A stretch of 46,880 nt of DNA, from positions 1 to 46,880 of the forward strand of contig DF237614.1 in assembly GCA_000708835.1 (NCBI GenBank). Reading direction: 5' to 3'. Below the pieces are notes generated by a model, which made no database searches, had not been told where the DNA came from, and worked only from the letters and a program-made list of their open reading frames with translations. This stretch comes from Klebsormidium nitens. Its lineage: Eukaryota > Plantae > Klebsormidiophyceae. The translations under genes were made by a program, and so were the position numbers. Shown piece by piece: positions 1 through 11,800 of this stretch (within the stretch, counting starts at the first letter, position 1; every line of letters begins with the position of its first letter).

Positions 1-435
1 TGGTCATTTCTGGTACTAAATCTTGTTTCCTGTCATTTTTGCGTTCTGCATGTCAGAATGAGGTCAAGAATAAGGGTTAATGTTTGAGAATGGGGCTGAA
101 TGCACAGAAATTAGGCTTCATGCAGTCAAACCTAGTCCTTAACCCCCAAAGGGAATTATACACATACACATACACTGGTGTGTATATGTACACATTACTA
201 TACACATTAGTCTTGGCAAATCTGGGTTAAATGTTCCAAAATCGGGCCGAAATGGGATTAATGGAGGGGCGTAAAGGGGCATTTTGGGTGAAAATTGGGT
301 TATAAGGGACTCACACAAATTTGCCTCAAGACAGCAATGCACAGATGGCCACATTATTATGGCAACATTTTCTGGCAGTCACGTCGGGCCTCGGAGCATT
401 TAATGTAATTCATGTGCCCACTTGACCACCGCGTA

Positions 436-459
436 CGGGCGAAAGTGGACCAACAAACA
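436..459 (+). repeat. 24-bp sequence with a perfect inverted copy at 7277-7300
   Basis: CGGGCGAAAGTGGACCAACAAACA at 436-459; exact reverse complement TGTTTGTTGGTCCACTTTCGCCCG at 7277-7300. Confidence 0.85.
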
Positions 460-528
460 CTTCCAGTGACGGATCTGTGAGGATCAACCCGCCGCTGCGA
501 GCGAGTTAAAGACGGCAACAACACCAGC

Positions 529-648
529 GCTACTTCCAATTGCCAGCGCTACTTCCAGTTGCCATGATTCATCCGTTGAACACTCTACAGTGCTACTTTC
601 AGTTGCCAGCGCTACTGCCAGTTGCCATGATTCATCCGTTGAACACTC
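529..648. repeat. Tandem duplication, 63-bp period, with internal 18-bp subrepeat
   Basis: gctacttccaattgccagcgctacttccagttgccatgattcatccgttgaacactc (529-585) recurs at 592-648 with 3 substitutions. Confidence 0.9.
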
Positions 649-695
649 CCTTCTTCTGAGAATACGTTCCCTCCTTTTCCCTCTTTGTTCTCTCC

Positions 696-1524
696 TTGTC
701 ACTCGCCAGCGCCAGTGCCCTCGCCGCATTCTCCTTTGCGATGTTACTCTCGGTACGCGCAATGGCGGGATGGGTATCCCTGGTGGATAGATTGCGCAAA
801 GTGTGCAACTGCCCCTGTATGTTCTGTGCCCAACCGGCAAGGGGTTATCTAACATATGATTGGTGCAACGCACCCCTTTGAATGGACTGCACTGGGAATG
901 CTGACAAAGTACATTATTGCGATTATGATGGCGACTATTATTCAATCTGTCAGTCGGACAAAAGCTCCTTCGACTTTAAGGCGCTAAGCAACGACAAAAT
1001 GCATCTGGAAGAATGTCCAGACAGTGAGACCAGTAGGCTGAAGATCAAGCTGAACGAAAGGCGATTCTGTTACTTCTGGTCGCATCCCTCGCATTTGCAA
1101 TTGATGCAAACAAGACCATTTTGAAATGTCAATGGCAACCTTCCCCGAACATTTCCATAGAATAAAAGCTCTCCCCCCCCCTTCAATCCCAGCGTATGTC
1201 CGGTGAAAGAAAGTCAATGCATACTATGCAGTGGGCACATTCTTCTTGTTATGAACTCTGAACAAGTAATCATCTCTTCATGCTTCTCCCTGTACCATAC
1301 TGCGTAGTCCGGTTCCACTCTCTGATAATGTTTCACTATTTTATCAACACAGATCAACACGTCTTCGCTTGCCGGCTAGGATCGGAATTGCTAACGGTCA
1401 CCAAAAACCTTGGCGCAAACGTAGTAGAATTGGCCATCTAACCGGATGCGATAAAGCTCGTAGCACCTATTATTGGGCAAATTCCCGTGGCTGGACCGTT
1501 GGACGGTTGTACAAGTATTCTTAA
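696..1524 (+). pseudogene. Possible decayed Cys/Trp/Tyr-rich secreted protein gene
   Basis: ORFs 696-881 and 882-1124 share a frame and are separated by one TGA. The N-terminus is hydrophobic, and a further protein-like stretch IGHLTGCDKARSTYYWANSRGW ends in TAA at 1522-1524. No family recognised. Confidence 0.25.
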
Positions 1525-1854
1525 ACAAATAATAATAATAATAATATGACCAAAGCCTCAGTGTGAAAGTGCGCAAGAGTGTGCTTCTTGAAAATCTTTG
1601 AGAGTAAGACGATTACGCTGGTGCGACGGCCTATTTGCACTTTTTGAAACGAATTATGCTCGTCGCGACCCTAGTCTCATTCAAATTTCTTGGTATTTGT
1701 ATGCCTAAGCACTGTAAGAGTGTCTGGACAGATTGACACGGCAATGTTTGCAACCAAATCAAGCAGAGAGCGGCCAAACTCCCTGAAGCTAAATTACCCT
1801 GGTGTCACAAACCTCGAAGCTGACAACACCGTCCTCTTATGAGAAAGACGCACT

Positions 1855-2205
1855 TCAGACGAAGAGGCTCACGCTATCAAGGGACGCTGACGATCCCTTC
1901 GACTCCCAGACGTCTTCATCTCTAACAGACGAGTCAACTACCGATGCCAGCTCAAGCTGCGAGACCACGCCTTCCATCGTGGGCCTCGCCAATGGGTCTG
2001 TCCGCAGGCAAGCCAGCGCGACAATGTACCTCGCGCCTTCTCTGCATCGTAGTCATTCCCAAGAGCCGGGTCGACCAATTTCAGAATTCCTCCCCAACCA
2101 TCTCCGTCGCCACCTTAGGAGACGCTCCACCGTTCCGCTCTCGAGCTGGCATACCACTGGGCGCCCGCCGATCAGCTCCATCGAGAGCATACCAAAGCCG
2201 CATAC
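1855..2205 (-). pseudogene. Frameshifted C-terminal remnant of a receptor-like kinase domain (subdomains IX-XI)
   Basis: Minus strand reads FGMLSMELIGGRP (IX-like), then LKLVDPALGNDYDAEKA and YIVALACLRTDPLARPTMEGVVSQLE (XI-like) in three different frames. Subdomains I-VIII are absent. Confidence 0.75.
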
Positions 2206-2215
2206 ACAAAACATC

Positions 2216-3825
2216 TCAGTACCCTGAGATGGCAATAGCTAGGAGAACAGCAGCTCCCGCAACAACCCCACCAACAATAGGTCCAACTGGAGGGGATGCT
2301 GATGTTGATGGCTCAGGTCGACATGGTGAGCTGAAATCACAACTGTTGCAGCACAACCCCAGGTTTCCAGGATAGAAACTGGTGTTGTCGAACTTAGTTA
2401 GACGTGGAGGGATTGGCCCGGAGAGGTTGTTGTTCTGAAGGTAGAGGTAAGAAGGAACATAGAGATCGGGTATTGCGCCGGAGAGGCTGTTGTTGGAGAG
2501 AGTTAGATTAAATAGGGAACGCAGATTGCCAAGCTCGCGGGGGATGGAGCCGGAGAGGTTGTTGTTGTCAAGGACGAGGTACAGAAGGGACCTCAGGTTG
2601 CCAAGCTCCGGGGGGATGGGCCCGGNNNNNNNNNNNNNNNNNNNNNNNNNNNNNNNNNNNNNNNNNNNNNNNNNNNNNNNNNNNNNNNNNNNNNNNNNNN
2701 NNNNNNNNNNNNNNNNNNNNNNNNNNNNNNNNNNNNNNNNNNNNNNNNNNNNNNNNNNNNNNNNNNNNNNNNNNNNNNNNNNNNNNNNNNNNNNNNNNNN
2801 NNNNNNNNNNNNNNNNNNNNNNNNNNNNNNNNNNNNNNNNNNNNNNNNNNNNNNNNNNNNNNNNNNNNNNNNNNNNNNNNNNNNNNNNNNNNNNNNNNNN
2901 NNNNNNNNNNNNNNNNNNNNNNNNNNNNNNNNNNNNNNNNNNNNNNNNNNNNNNNNNNNNNNNNNNNNNNNNNNNNNNNNNNNNNNNNNNNNNNNNNNNN
3001 NNNNNNNNNNNNNNNNNNNNNNNNNNNNNNNNNNNNNNNNNNNNNNNNNNNNNNNNNNNNNNNNNNNNNNNNNNNNNNNNNNNNNNNNNNNNNNNNNNNN
3101 NNNNNNNNNNNNNNNNNNNNNNNNNNNNNNNNNNNNNNNNNNNNNNNNNNNNNNNNNNNNNNNNNNNNNNNNNNNNNNNNNNNNNNNNNNNNNNNNNNNN
3201 NNNNNNNNNNNNNNNNNNNNNNNNNNNNNNNNNNNNNNNNNNNNNNNNNNNNNNNNNNNNNNNNNNNNNNNNNNNNNNNNNNNNNNNNNNNNNNNNNNNN
3301 NNNNNNNNNNNNNNNNNNNNNNNNNNNNNNNNNNNNNNNNNNNNNNNNNNNNNNNNNNNNNNNNNNNGGCCCCGAGAGTCTGTTGGCACTGAGGCTGAGA
3401 CTGGTGAGGTTGGTCAGGTTGCCGAGCTCCGGGGGGATGGGCCCGGAGAGACTGCCGGCGGAGAGGCTGAGGTTGACGAGGTTTGCCAGTCTGCCGAGCT
3501 CCGGGGGGATGGGCCCGGAGAGGTAGTCGGCAAAGAAGCTGAGATTGACGAGGTTCGTCAATCTGCCGAGCTCCGGGGGGATGGGCCCGGAGAGGTAGTT
3601 GGGCAAGAAGCTGAGGCTGGTGAGGTTGGTCAGGCTGCCAAGCTCAGGTGGAATGGGACCTGACAGGTTATAGCCTCCAAGCTGAATACTACTCTGATTC
3701 CAAAGGGGCCCCTCGACCAGACTGCCAATCTGCTCAATTGTGATCGAATGAACACCACTCATGACCCCGCACTCGTACAACATCACCAGGATTAGCATCC
3801 TCACAAGCATGTTTGGTGCAACCAT
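2216..3825 (-). CDS. Plant-type LRR receptor ectodomain + transmembrane helix (LRR-RLP-like; spans gap 2626-3367)
   Basis: Hydrophobic N-terminus, 24-aa LSGPIPPELGxLxxL repeats on both sides of the gap, GNLGLC cap, TM IVGGVVAGAAVLLAIAISGY, then TGA at 2216-2218. Confidence 0.85.
2626..3367. other. Assembly gap (N run) inside the 72-bp LRR repeats
   Basis: 742 N flanked on both sides by near-identical LRR-coding units. Confidence 0.99.
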
Positions 3826-4736
3826 GGCGAATTGCTCTGTACCTTCCAGTAATCAGGGGGTCAACCTGCGAAACAAGATACCGCCAGTCATTAAGTGGGG
3901 TTGCTTGGCTTTCAACAAATGGAGGGTAGTTCTGCAGAAGTTCTTTTTCTGGAAGCGTCTCGTAAATCTCTTTTTGGCTTGCTACTAATGCAAAGCATTG
4001 ATGCATATTTCTGCCCAATAGCCTGCACATCTTTAAATGTTGAGCTAGACTTTGGCACCATCATGCAACCCTGAACAGCTTGACTCCGGCAAAACTCCTC
4101 CCCTCTAGATCTGCTCTGAGCTTCCGACTCGTACTTTTGCTCGCTTCGCCTCTTCAACATAAGTGCTCAGCATGGAAAGCATCACAACATCAACCAATGT
4201 AGGCAACATCACGCGATAGCAAGAGGGAAATCCGAGCTCAGGCAGTAAAAACGGCAAAATGTAAAGAGTCACCTTTGAGGTTCCTTCACCAGCCGACTTC
4301 AGTGCAGTCCTGCGCTGTTGCCTTTGTAGCAGGGCCCGACCACCAATGCCCATGTAAGCAGCCACAGGACGAGCATACAGAGATCAGAGCTTCACAATGC
4401 ACAATTCTACCCAAGGTCAGCATTAGTGCTTTTCCACTTCACCTCCGATAGCAGTTTTACAAGTTCCGTGAATCGGCGAGGGCGTTGCTCCTTGCGTTTG
4501 AAAGGACAGACCTTCTTGCCAGGCATTAGGTACGGTAACTTAGCCCTAGAAATTCCGTCTTTCTTGGGAAAATCATCACTGCTTACTTGGTACCAGTCCC
4601 TCCAATTCCTTCACGGCCCTGGGGGAACGGAATGGCGTTGACTTTGAATCTAACACTTGCCTTCGAAGCTCTCAGAAGGTGGACGGTGGATTTAGAAAGT
4701 CAGTGTCAGCGACTCGTGAGTGTGATCTGAATCGCA

Positions 4737-5049
4737 TCTGTCGACATAGTTCTGTCGACATGCGTCTGTCGACATGCCTTGCCAGCATGCAGGATGGCAG
4801 GGCATCTGGGGTCTGGAAGCAGGGACGTTTTGCCACATGGAAGCTCGTCGGCAATTGTGCAGTCTGTTTTGCCGAGCCCGCGTCACAAAACGGCCACCAT
4901 GTTTTCCGGCAGGTTCGCAGATTTCTTGGCCGTTATGTGACGCGGGCCCGGCAAACAGACCCAAAAGGGGACGCCGAGCTTCCATGTGGCCCCGCTGGCC
5001 TTTCCGGCCCAGCGCGAAGATGTATCTGTCGACATGCATCTGTCGACAT
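4737..5049. repeat. Long hairpin flanked by direct TCTGTCGACAT arrays (possible MITE/foldback)
   Basis: TCTGTCGACAT x3 (4737, 4751, 4765) and x2 (5025, 5039), 14-bp period. Inverted arms 4832-4847/4975-4990 (16 bp perfect) and 4862-4896/4927-4960. Confidence 0.8.
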
Positions 5050-5142
5050 GCCTAGGGGCCGCTCGACTAGGCCTTTTGCGGGGGAAATGCCAATGAGTAG
5101 AGGACTAGAGATCTGCTTAACCAATTCATGATTTGAATCTGA

Positions 5143-6018
5143 GTCTTCTTTCTCCTCCTCCCTGAAGCCCCCCCCCTCCGGGCTCCTGGTACAATCGCCG
5201 GCCCCGTCCAGCCGGGGGGGCGCCCCGGCGTGCCGGGGCCCCCAGGCGTGCCGGGACCCCCAGGCGTGCCCGGTTCCTACACTGGCGTGCCCTCGTCCAC
5301 AACGACGCTCAACGTCTATTTTGTCGTCATTATTATCAATACGGGCCAGCCCCCCTGCAGAGAATTGACTGTGTCTGAAACGCGCATCACCAACACGAGC
5401 ATCCTGGTCGGCAACACTACCCAGTGCAACACGACGGAGATAAGCACCGTCACCAACACGACGACGTGCGGCAGACCCGGGATGGCGGACGTGCGGGTCA
5501 ACACCACGACCACCACCAATACTTTGTGCCTGCCGGTTGTCACCCCGCCCCCACCCGTGAACGTCACCGGGACCCCAACCCCCACGCCTACGAACATGAC
5601 CAACGTCACCGGGACCCCAACCCCCGCGCCCACGAACAACGGGACCGCTCCCCCAACCCCCTTCCCAACCCCACCCAACATCACCGCTGCCCCCCCCCAT
5701 TCCCCCCTCTTCCAAACCCAGGAAACAATGGCACCCTAACCCCAACCCCCACCCCATCAAATGTTACCGTCACACCCGTCCCAGGAGTGACCAAAACTCC
5801 ACTTCCCACAAACCGGCGTCCCGACCCCAACCGCGACAATCCCCGGCTTGACCAAGGCCCCCCCGCTCGCTACGACGGCCTCCCCGATCGTTACCACGGC
5901 CGCCCCGGCCGTAACCACTGCCGCCCCAGTCCAGACCACCGCCGCCCCGGTCCAGACCACCGCCGCCCCGGTCGAAATCACGGCCGCCCCGGTCACGACC
6001 CAAGCCGCCACGGGCTAA
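5143..6018 (+). CDS. Pro/Thr-rich mucin/HRGP-like protein, reading frame broken at poly-C tracts
   Basis: GPPGVP repeats, many NxT sequons, TPTP and TTAAPV repeats across three frames, stop TAA at 6016-6018. The start or upstream exon was not identified. Confidence 0.55.
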
Positions 6019-6277
6019 AACCTTAAATCACGAAGTCACTAACCCGAAGTCACCCCGTCAGACTGGATAAAGGTGACTGGATAAAGGTGAGTGTATTTGG
6101 ACTGGCGTAGTTGGACTGACCCTAAAACCTAAAATCACGAAGTCGTTAACCCTAAGTGACCCCCAAAAATCGTAAAACCCTAAAACAAAATGGTGGATAA
6201 AGGTGATTGTATTTGGACTGGCGTGTTGACTGACTTCAAAACCTAAAATCACGATGTCGCTAACCCTAAGTCACCCC
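6015..6277. repeat. ~107-114 bp tandem repeat (2.4 copies) containing degenerate AAAACCCT telomere motifs
   Basis: Units start at 6015, 6122 and 6236 with (c)taaaacc(t)aaaatcacga..taaccc..agtcacccc; the internal tggataaaggtga..tgtatttggactggcgt block is repeated. Confidence 0.85.
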
Positions 6278-6483
6278 GTTGGTTCAACGGTGGGGAGGAC
6301 ATTCTAACACAATTTTCGACGAGACCGTGATTTCGCCAGTGTGGAAATTGAAAGGTTGTCTAGGTTGTCTTGCTGATGTGGCATGGCAAGTGCGACGCGG
6401 CGTACACGTTGTTTAGTTGCAGTACACGTTGTTTAGTTGCAGTTTGGCATTGGTCGTTGATCATTGGTCATTGGTCATTGTTT

Positions 6484-6522
<39 letters not shown>

Positions 6523-7206
6523 NNNNNNNNNNNNNNNNNNNNNNNNNNNNNNNNNNNNNNNNNNNNNNNNNNNNNNNNNNNNNNNNNNNNNNNNNNNNNN
6601 NNNNNNNNNNNNNNNNNNNNNNNNNNNNNNNNNNNNNNNNNNNNNNNNNNNNNNNNNNNNNNNNNNNNNNNNNNNNNNNNNNNNNNNNNNNNNNNNNNNN
6701 NNNNNNNNNNNNNNNNNNNNNNNNNNNNNNNNNNNNNNNNNNNNNNNNNNNNNNNNNNNNNNNNNNNNNNNNNNNNNNNNNNNNNNNNNNNNNNNNNNNN
6801 NNNNNNNNNNNNNNNNNNNNNNNNNNNNNNNNNNNNNNNNNNNNNNNNNNNNNNNNNNNNNNNNNNNNNNNNNNNNNNNNNNNNNNNNNNNNNNNNNNNN
6901 NNNNNNNNNNNNNNNNNNNNNNNNNNNNNNNNNNNNNNNNNNNNNNNNNNNNNNNNNNNNNNNNNNNNNNNNNNNNNNNNNNNNNNNNNNNNNNNNNNNN
7001 NNNNNNNNNNNNNNNNNNNNNNNNNNNNNNNNNNNNNNNNNNNNNNNNNNNNNNNNNNNNNNNNNNNNNNNNNNNNNNNNNNNNNNNNNNNNNNNNNNNN
7101 NNNNNNNNNNNNNNNNNNNNNNNNNNNNNNNNNNNNNNNNNNNNNNNNNNNNNNNNNNNNNNNNNNNNNNNNNNNNNNNNNNNNNNNNNNNNNNNNNNNN
7201 NNNNNN
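6523..7206. other. Assembly gap after a poly-C run
   Basis: 684 N; ggtcattggtcattgtttgtccccc occurs both before and after the gap. Confidence 0.99.
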
Positions 7207-7447
7207 GGTCATTGGTCATTGTTTGTCCCCCCCCCCACAACCCTCTCTCTCTCCCCCCCCCCGGTGGGGAGGGGTCTGTTTGTTGGTCCACTTTCGCCCG
7301 TTGCTTGCTGCACCTGTCACTGGACACTGATGTTTTACAATGTTGTCATAAAACGTTGCATTCCGAGTTCACAAGACTCGGCAAGGGTCTGGAGAATTAT
7401 GACAACATGTTTTCTTTACCAGTGGTGCGATGTGACTTAACGTCATT

Positions 7448-7906
7448 AATGTTGCCATCCGAGTCACGATGATGTCACAAGACGTGGCGGTCAACGATGT
7501 GCCTTGACATCTTGCCAATTGGCATGTCAGCAACCAAAGTTTCCAGCAGTGTGGCGTCGGATTCACCCAGTGCCGTACAACCGGAAGTCAATACTTAAGG
7601 ACTTGCTGGATGTGGGGCGGGAGAATTTAAAGCTGGTCACGTGACTTTCGGCGCAAGAAGCATGTTTGGGCACACATGTTTGGATTGAGCAATGGTGTAT
7701 GACAACACTACGTGACAAACAATTAAGGGGACTGTACGTCAACATCGTTGAATTTGTCAAGAAGTCAGAAAAAGTAACAAAATATCTTATCGGACTCCCA
7801 AAGAATACCTATCCAGCCGACAAAACGTACCCCACAGAGTCGCGGCCACGTCGTCCTAACTCTCTTGTCTAGCCGTTGACTTCCCAGCTCATGTCGTTGA
7901 CTTTCT
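7448..7906 (+). repeat. Dispersed repeat A (second copy at 22090-22399)
   Basis: Shared aatgttgccatccgagtca..gatgatgtc.caagacgtggcg, gccgtacaa.c..gaagtcaat and gagtcgcggc..agccgttgacttccc..gttgactttct blocks; the second copy is internally shorter. Confidence 0.8.
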
Positions 7907-8880
7907 AGCATCAGATTCGGCATCAAAAGTCCGACAAGCCTGCCTGTCTTCGTGATATGAGGTACCGTACCCCAACTCGGTTTGCCACATTCATGACACC
8001 TGTAAATGGCAATCTTTTTCTGTAGAATACCTATGCATGACGACATCGTCGTAGATGCGGCAACCGTTAAGGGCACAAACAGTTTGTTGCCTTCTGACCG
8101 GGCAAGTCGTACACCTGATTCTAGTGTTGCCGCTAGAAGCTTACCCACTCCGGTTCGGAGCTTACGCTATTGGTATGGACACCGAATGGAAGGCACTCGC
8201 ATCTTATTCAGAAGAAGAAATTGAGACTGTGGACTCTCCTTTTGTTATTATCACGCTTCAATGGGCAATGGCAACAGAAAAACGACAGAGCAACTTTGCC
8301 ATGTCTTCTACTTTGGAAGGAGAAACTACGGACCTTGAGTGGGACTTCAATGTGGCAACGAAATCACCGGCATTTAGTGAACCCAAAATCAGGAGGAAAA
8401 CAGCAGAAGAGAAAATTACTGTCAATGAAGGAGGATTGCAATCAATAGCTTTGCCGTGACCTACTCCTCTCAGCACGGAGGCGAGATTACTGTGTGATTG
8501 AGCATCCCATAACACAGCTGGATATAATGAAACAGCTGCAGCTCTCAAAAGTCAAATTGGCCGCCTGCAATTCTTCTTCCTCTAGTTCATCCTTCCTTTC
8601 AATTCTCACTGAATGGAGAAGAGGGACGTTCTAATACGAGTCGCGAAAATCGAAGGAAGGATGGGGCATGCTGCCAAGTTGGGGGCAGATTCTTGAGCAT
8701 CACTGGACAGCTTTGTATATGTGCTTCGCACTTTTCTGTGGGACAGAAACTTCTGCTTTGTAGCTATATCTCAAGCGCGCAAGCATTAAGATTTGCTGCA
8801 GGAGGGACGCGAGTGCCTCTGACCAGAGTGCCTGCGGGACAGGCAGATCAAAGCCGTGCATTGCATAATTGCTTGCAGCT

Positions 8881-11800
8881 ATGCGGGCCCCCAGATTGTT
8901 ACCCTCTTTCCAGCTCCTTTTGTTTCTCCTCCTTGCCGCAGCTTCCACTTCAGAAGGTCAATCAGCGCCCTCAGCAGAGCCTGCAGCTACCTCAGTGCTT
9001 ACAACAGCCCCTCAGACACCAGTCCTGACAGTACCGGCAGCGACGCCCACTTTGACATCCACCCCTCCGCTCGCAACACCCTTGTCTGAAACAGAGCCAC
9101 CTGCCACAACCACCCCACTTGGCACATCAGCCCCCCCTACTCCCGCAGTGCCAGAAGTTCCCCCCACTCCAGTCCCTGTTGTTCTAGCCACACCCCCGCC
9201 TCTTATGGATCCTTCACCTGCCCCCCTCATAGCAACAGCCAGTCCAGCACCCACCAGCTCTGCCGTGCCACCTGTCACGAGTCCCACTGAGGCTGCCAAC
9301 CCTCTTCCAACAACTGGGGTTGCTGTTCCCCCGGCTCTGCCACCAGGTACAGACTTGTCAATCCCACCGCCCACAATTCTGCCGGGTGCCCCACGCCTGT
9401 CTGCACCTACTGAGACCTCTCTCCCAGCGTCCGTCCCCTGCACAACTCTTGCAGCAGCGCTTCCCAATGTCACTGTGGAGTCGCCTTTGCCCAAATGTCA
9501 CGTTTCCATCGATGATTCCTTATGTTACTTTGCCCCTCGCAACTGCATCGTTGGCACCCTTTGCATTGCCGCCTGTCCTAGCCAGTCACCTATTCCCACC
9601 CAATTTCTTAACCTCAAAAAGGAATCTCCCATCTCTAAACCATCTCTGCAGCTCACAGCAGTCCCGGCGTCCGTGTCCCCCTGCGTCCGTCGCCTTTCCA
9701 GGCGCGTTGGAACCGCCTGGTAACTGCACACTGAGCCCTAGCCATTTGCCCCGTGCAGCGACTTCATTGCCACCCAGTGCACCAACCAACGTCTCTCCAA
9801 AGCTGGCTCCAAATCCAGGCGCGGCCACCATTGGAAGCCTCATTTTCGCATCACCCCCAAGCACGAGCCTGGGGCCTGCACCGTCCACCCTCAACGTGTC
9901 ATTGACAAACATAAGTCTGGCGCCATCTCTCAGCTCCCCCAACCACAACACCTCTTCCAACGTCACATTGGCGCCCTTTTCCAGTGCTCCCAACTGGACC
10001 AACTCGTCAAACACCACAACAGCACCCTCCATCAGCCCCCTGAACCGGTCCAACTCTTCTAATGTCACGCTGGCACCTTTTCCTTCGGGCCCAAACCTAA
10101 CCAATATCACAAATACCACTGCGAGTCTTGCCCCCAGCCCGGCGCAGGCAGTACTGTACGCCCCAGCGCCCGCACCTGGGAGAATCAATGTAACCCTGGC
10201 TCCTGGTCCAAGTCCCGACGGAGCACGCCCTTCAAACACGTCTCCGGCGCCCGCTCCGGCGCAAAATGCAAGTGTTGGAAATTCTAGCCAGAGGGTACAG
10301 AATACTACAATCTTTGTGCCTGGCAGACTGGAAGTGGCCCCTTCTTCCCAGTTGCCGCGAGGGTCGGGCAACGTGCGGTCTGTGGCGCCAACCGCAAACT
10401 ACCAGATGAGGTTTTCCACAGCTGTTCCGCAAAATATGGGGAGCGTACTGCAGGTAAGCTAGCTCTTGAAGCCTCCCGGCCAGCGTTTGGGTCCAGCTCT
10501 CCTTATTGCACCACTGCATTGATTAGATCAACCCTGCTGCATCCAGTTGATCTTATTGCAATCGCTTTGGGTGTCAGATTCAGAAATGAGCTTGGGCGTT
10601 GGCACATGGCAGAGCAGAAATGCAGACAGTTACTAAGAATCATAGAGTCCTTTGAATGTTTGTGCCTCGCTTTCGACAAGTTTAATTGTTTATTGAAGGA
10701 GCTCTGATGGCAATCGCCTCTCTTGCCCTGCATGAGCGGAACAAAGTGTAGCCTTAAAAGGATCCAACTTTCGATCCCTTTGCAATAGTATTGCTCTCTA
10801 TCACAGGGTTCCCCACAAGCAAATTTTACGAACCAGTTGGAGTCGGTGGTCCAATACCATCTGGATCCTGCATCGGGGCAGCAATGCGGACAGTCGTGCG
10901 TGGCGTTCTGCCAGGCAAGCAAAGCCCTCTGCCGCCAGCAGTGAAACCTTGTTGTTGCTCAATGCATCAGAAGTGACCCAAGGCAAATCGAAACTACTAA
11001 TTTCAAAATCGATTGGCTACCCAATTGCGCAGGCATGTGTCGGAGCCTATCAGTGGTACAGATGTGCCGCCCTTTCATGTTCCTGTTATTTTAAGCTTAG
11101 TGACGTACGTGCAAAGCATCGATCGCCTCGATCCTGTTTATGGCAGAAGTTAGATTAGTAAGCTGGGTTTGTCGATTTAACATCGACCTGCGCATCAATT
11201 CTGAAGTCATTTGCCTCTTCAATGCTTTATTCCCGCAGCTAGATGACGATTCTGCTAAAGAGTGCGGGAAAGCAGACGCGAGTGCTGCAACAGGCCGCTT
11301 GAGCGACGGTTACCACCGCATGACCGTCCGCTACTATGCTACGCGTAATGCCAGCGAGCCGTTTGCAGTGTACAGCACCTTCTTCCTTGTTGGTGAGTGC
11401 CTAAGACACAGCGCCAAATGTATTGGGCGCTGAACGTCGCTGACGTAAGTGGAAGCGCATGATTGAGCACGGTCATCAGCTCACTCTGGCCATGACTGAT
11501 GCAGTGCCTGATCTTATGTAGAGGAAAGATGGGCCATCATGTGGTCATCGTTTCCCTGCTTGCCCGTTCTTGTGGGAGCACGTTTGTTTACAACGCACTG
11601 TGTCGGGGTTGTTGGCCTTGCAGAATTATCTGCAGCAAGGATAGTCGTGCGTCGGCTTACTAGGAACCTTCTGACGTTTTATCCTACTCGGCGTCTCCCC
11701 AGAGCTCAATCAGAAACAACGAGATGGCCAGAAACATTCCAAAAGAACAAATCTCGGCTCAGAGCCCGCTCCTTTCTTTCGAAAAAGCGATAACCAACTG

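Noticed and set aside
139-230. piggyBac-like TTAA|CCC...GGG|TTAA
   Set aside because: Only 3 bp of inverted match; expected by chance
6462-7240. Apparent direct repeats around the second gap
   Set aside because: The same sequence precedes a poly-C run on both sides; likely overlapping contig ends, not an LTR pair
2490-7472. ORFs made mostly of X
   Set aside because: Artefacts of translating through N gaps
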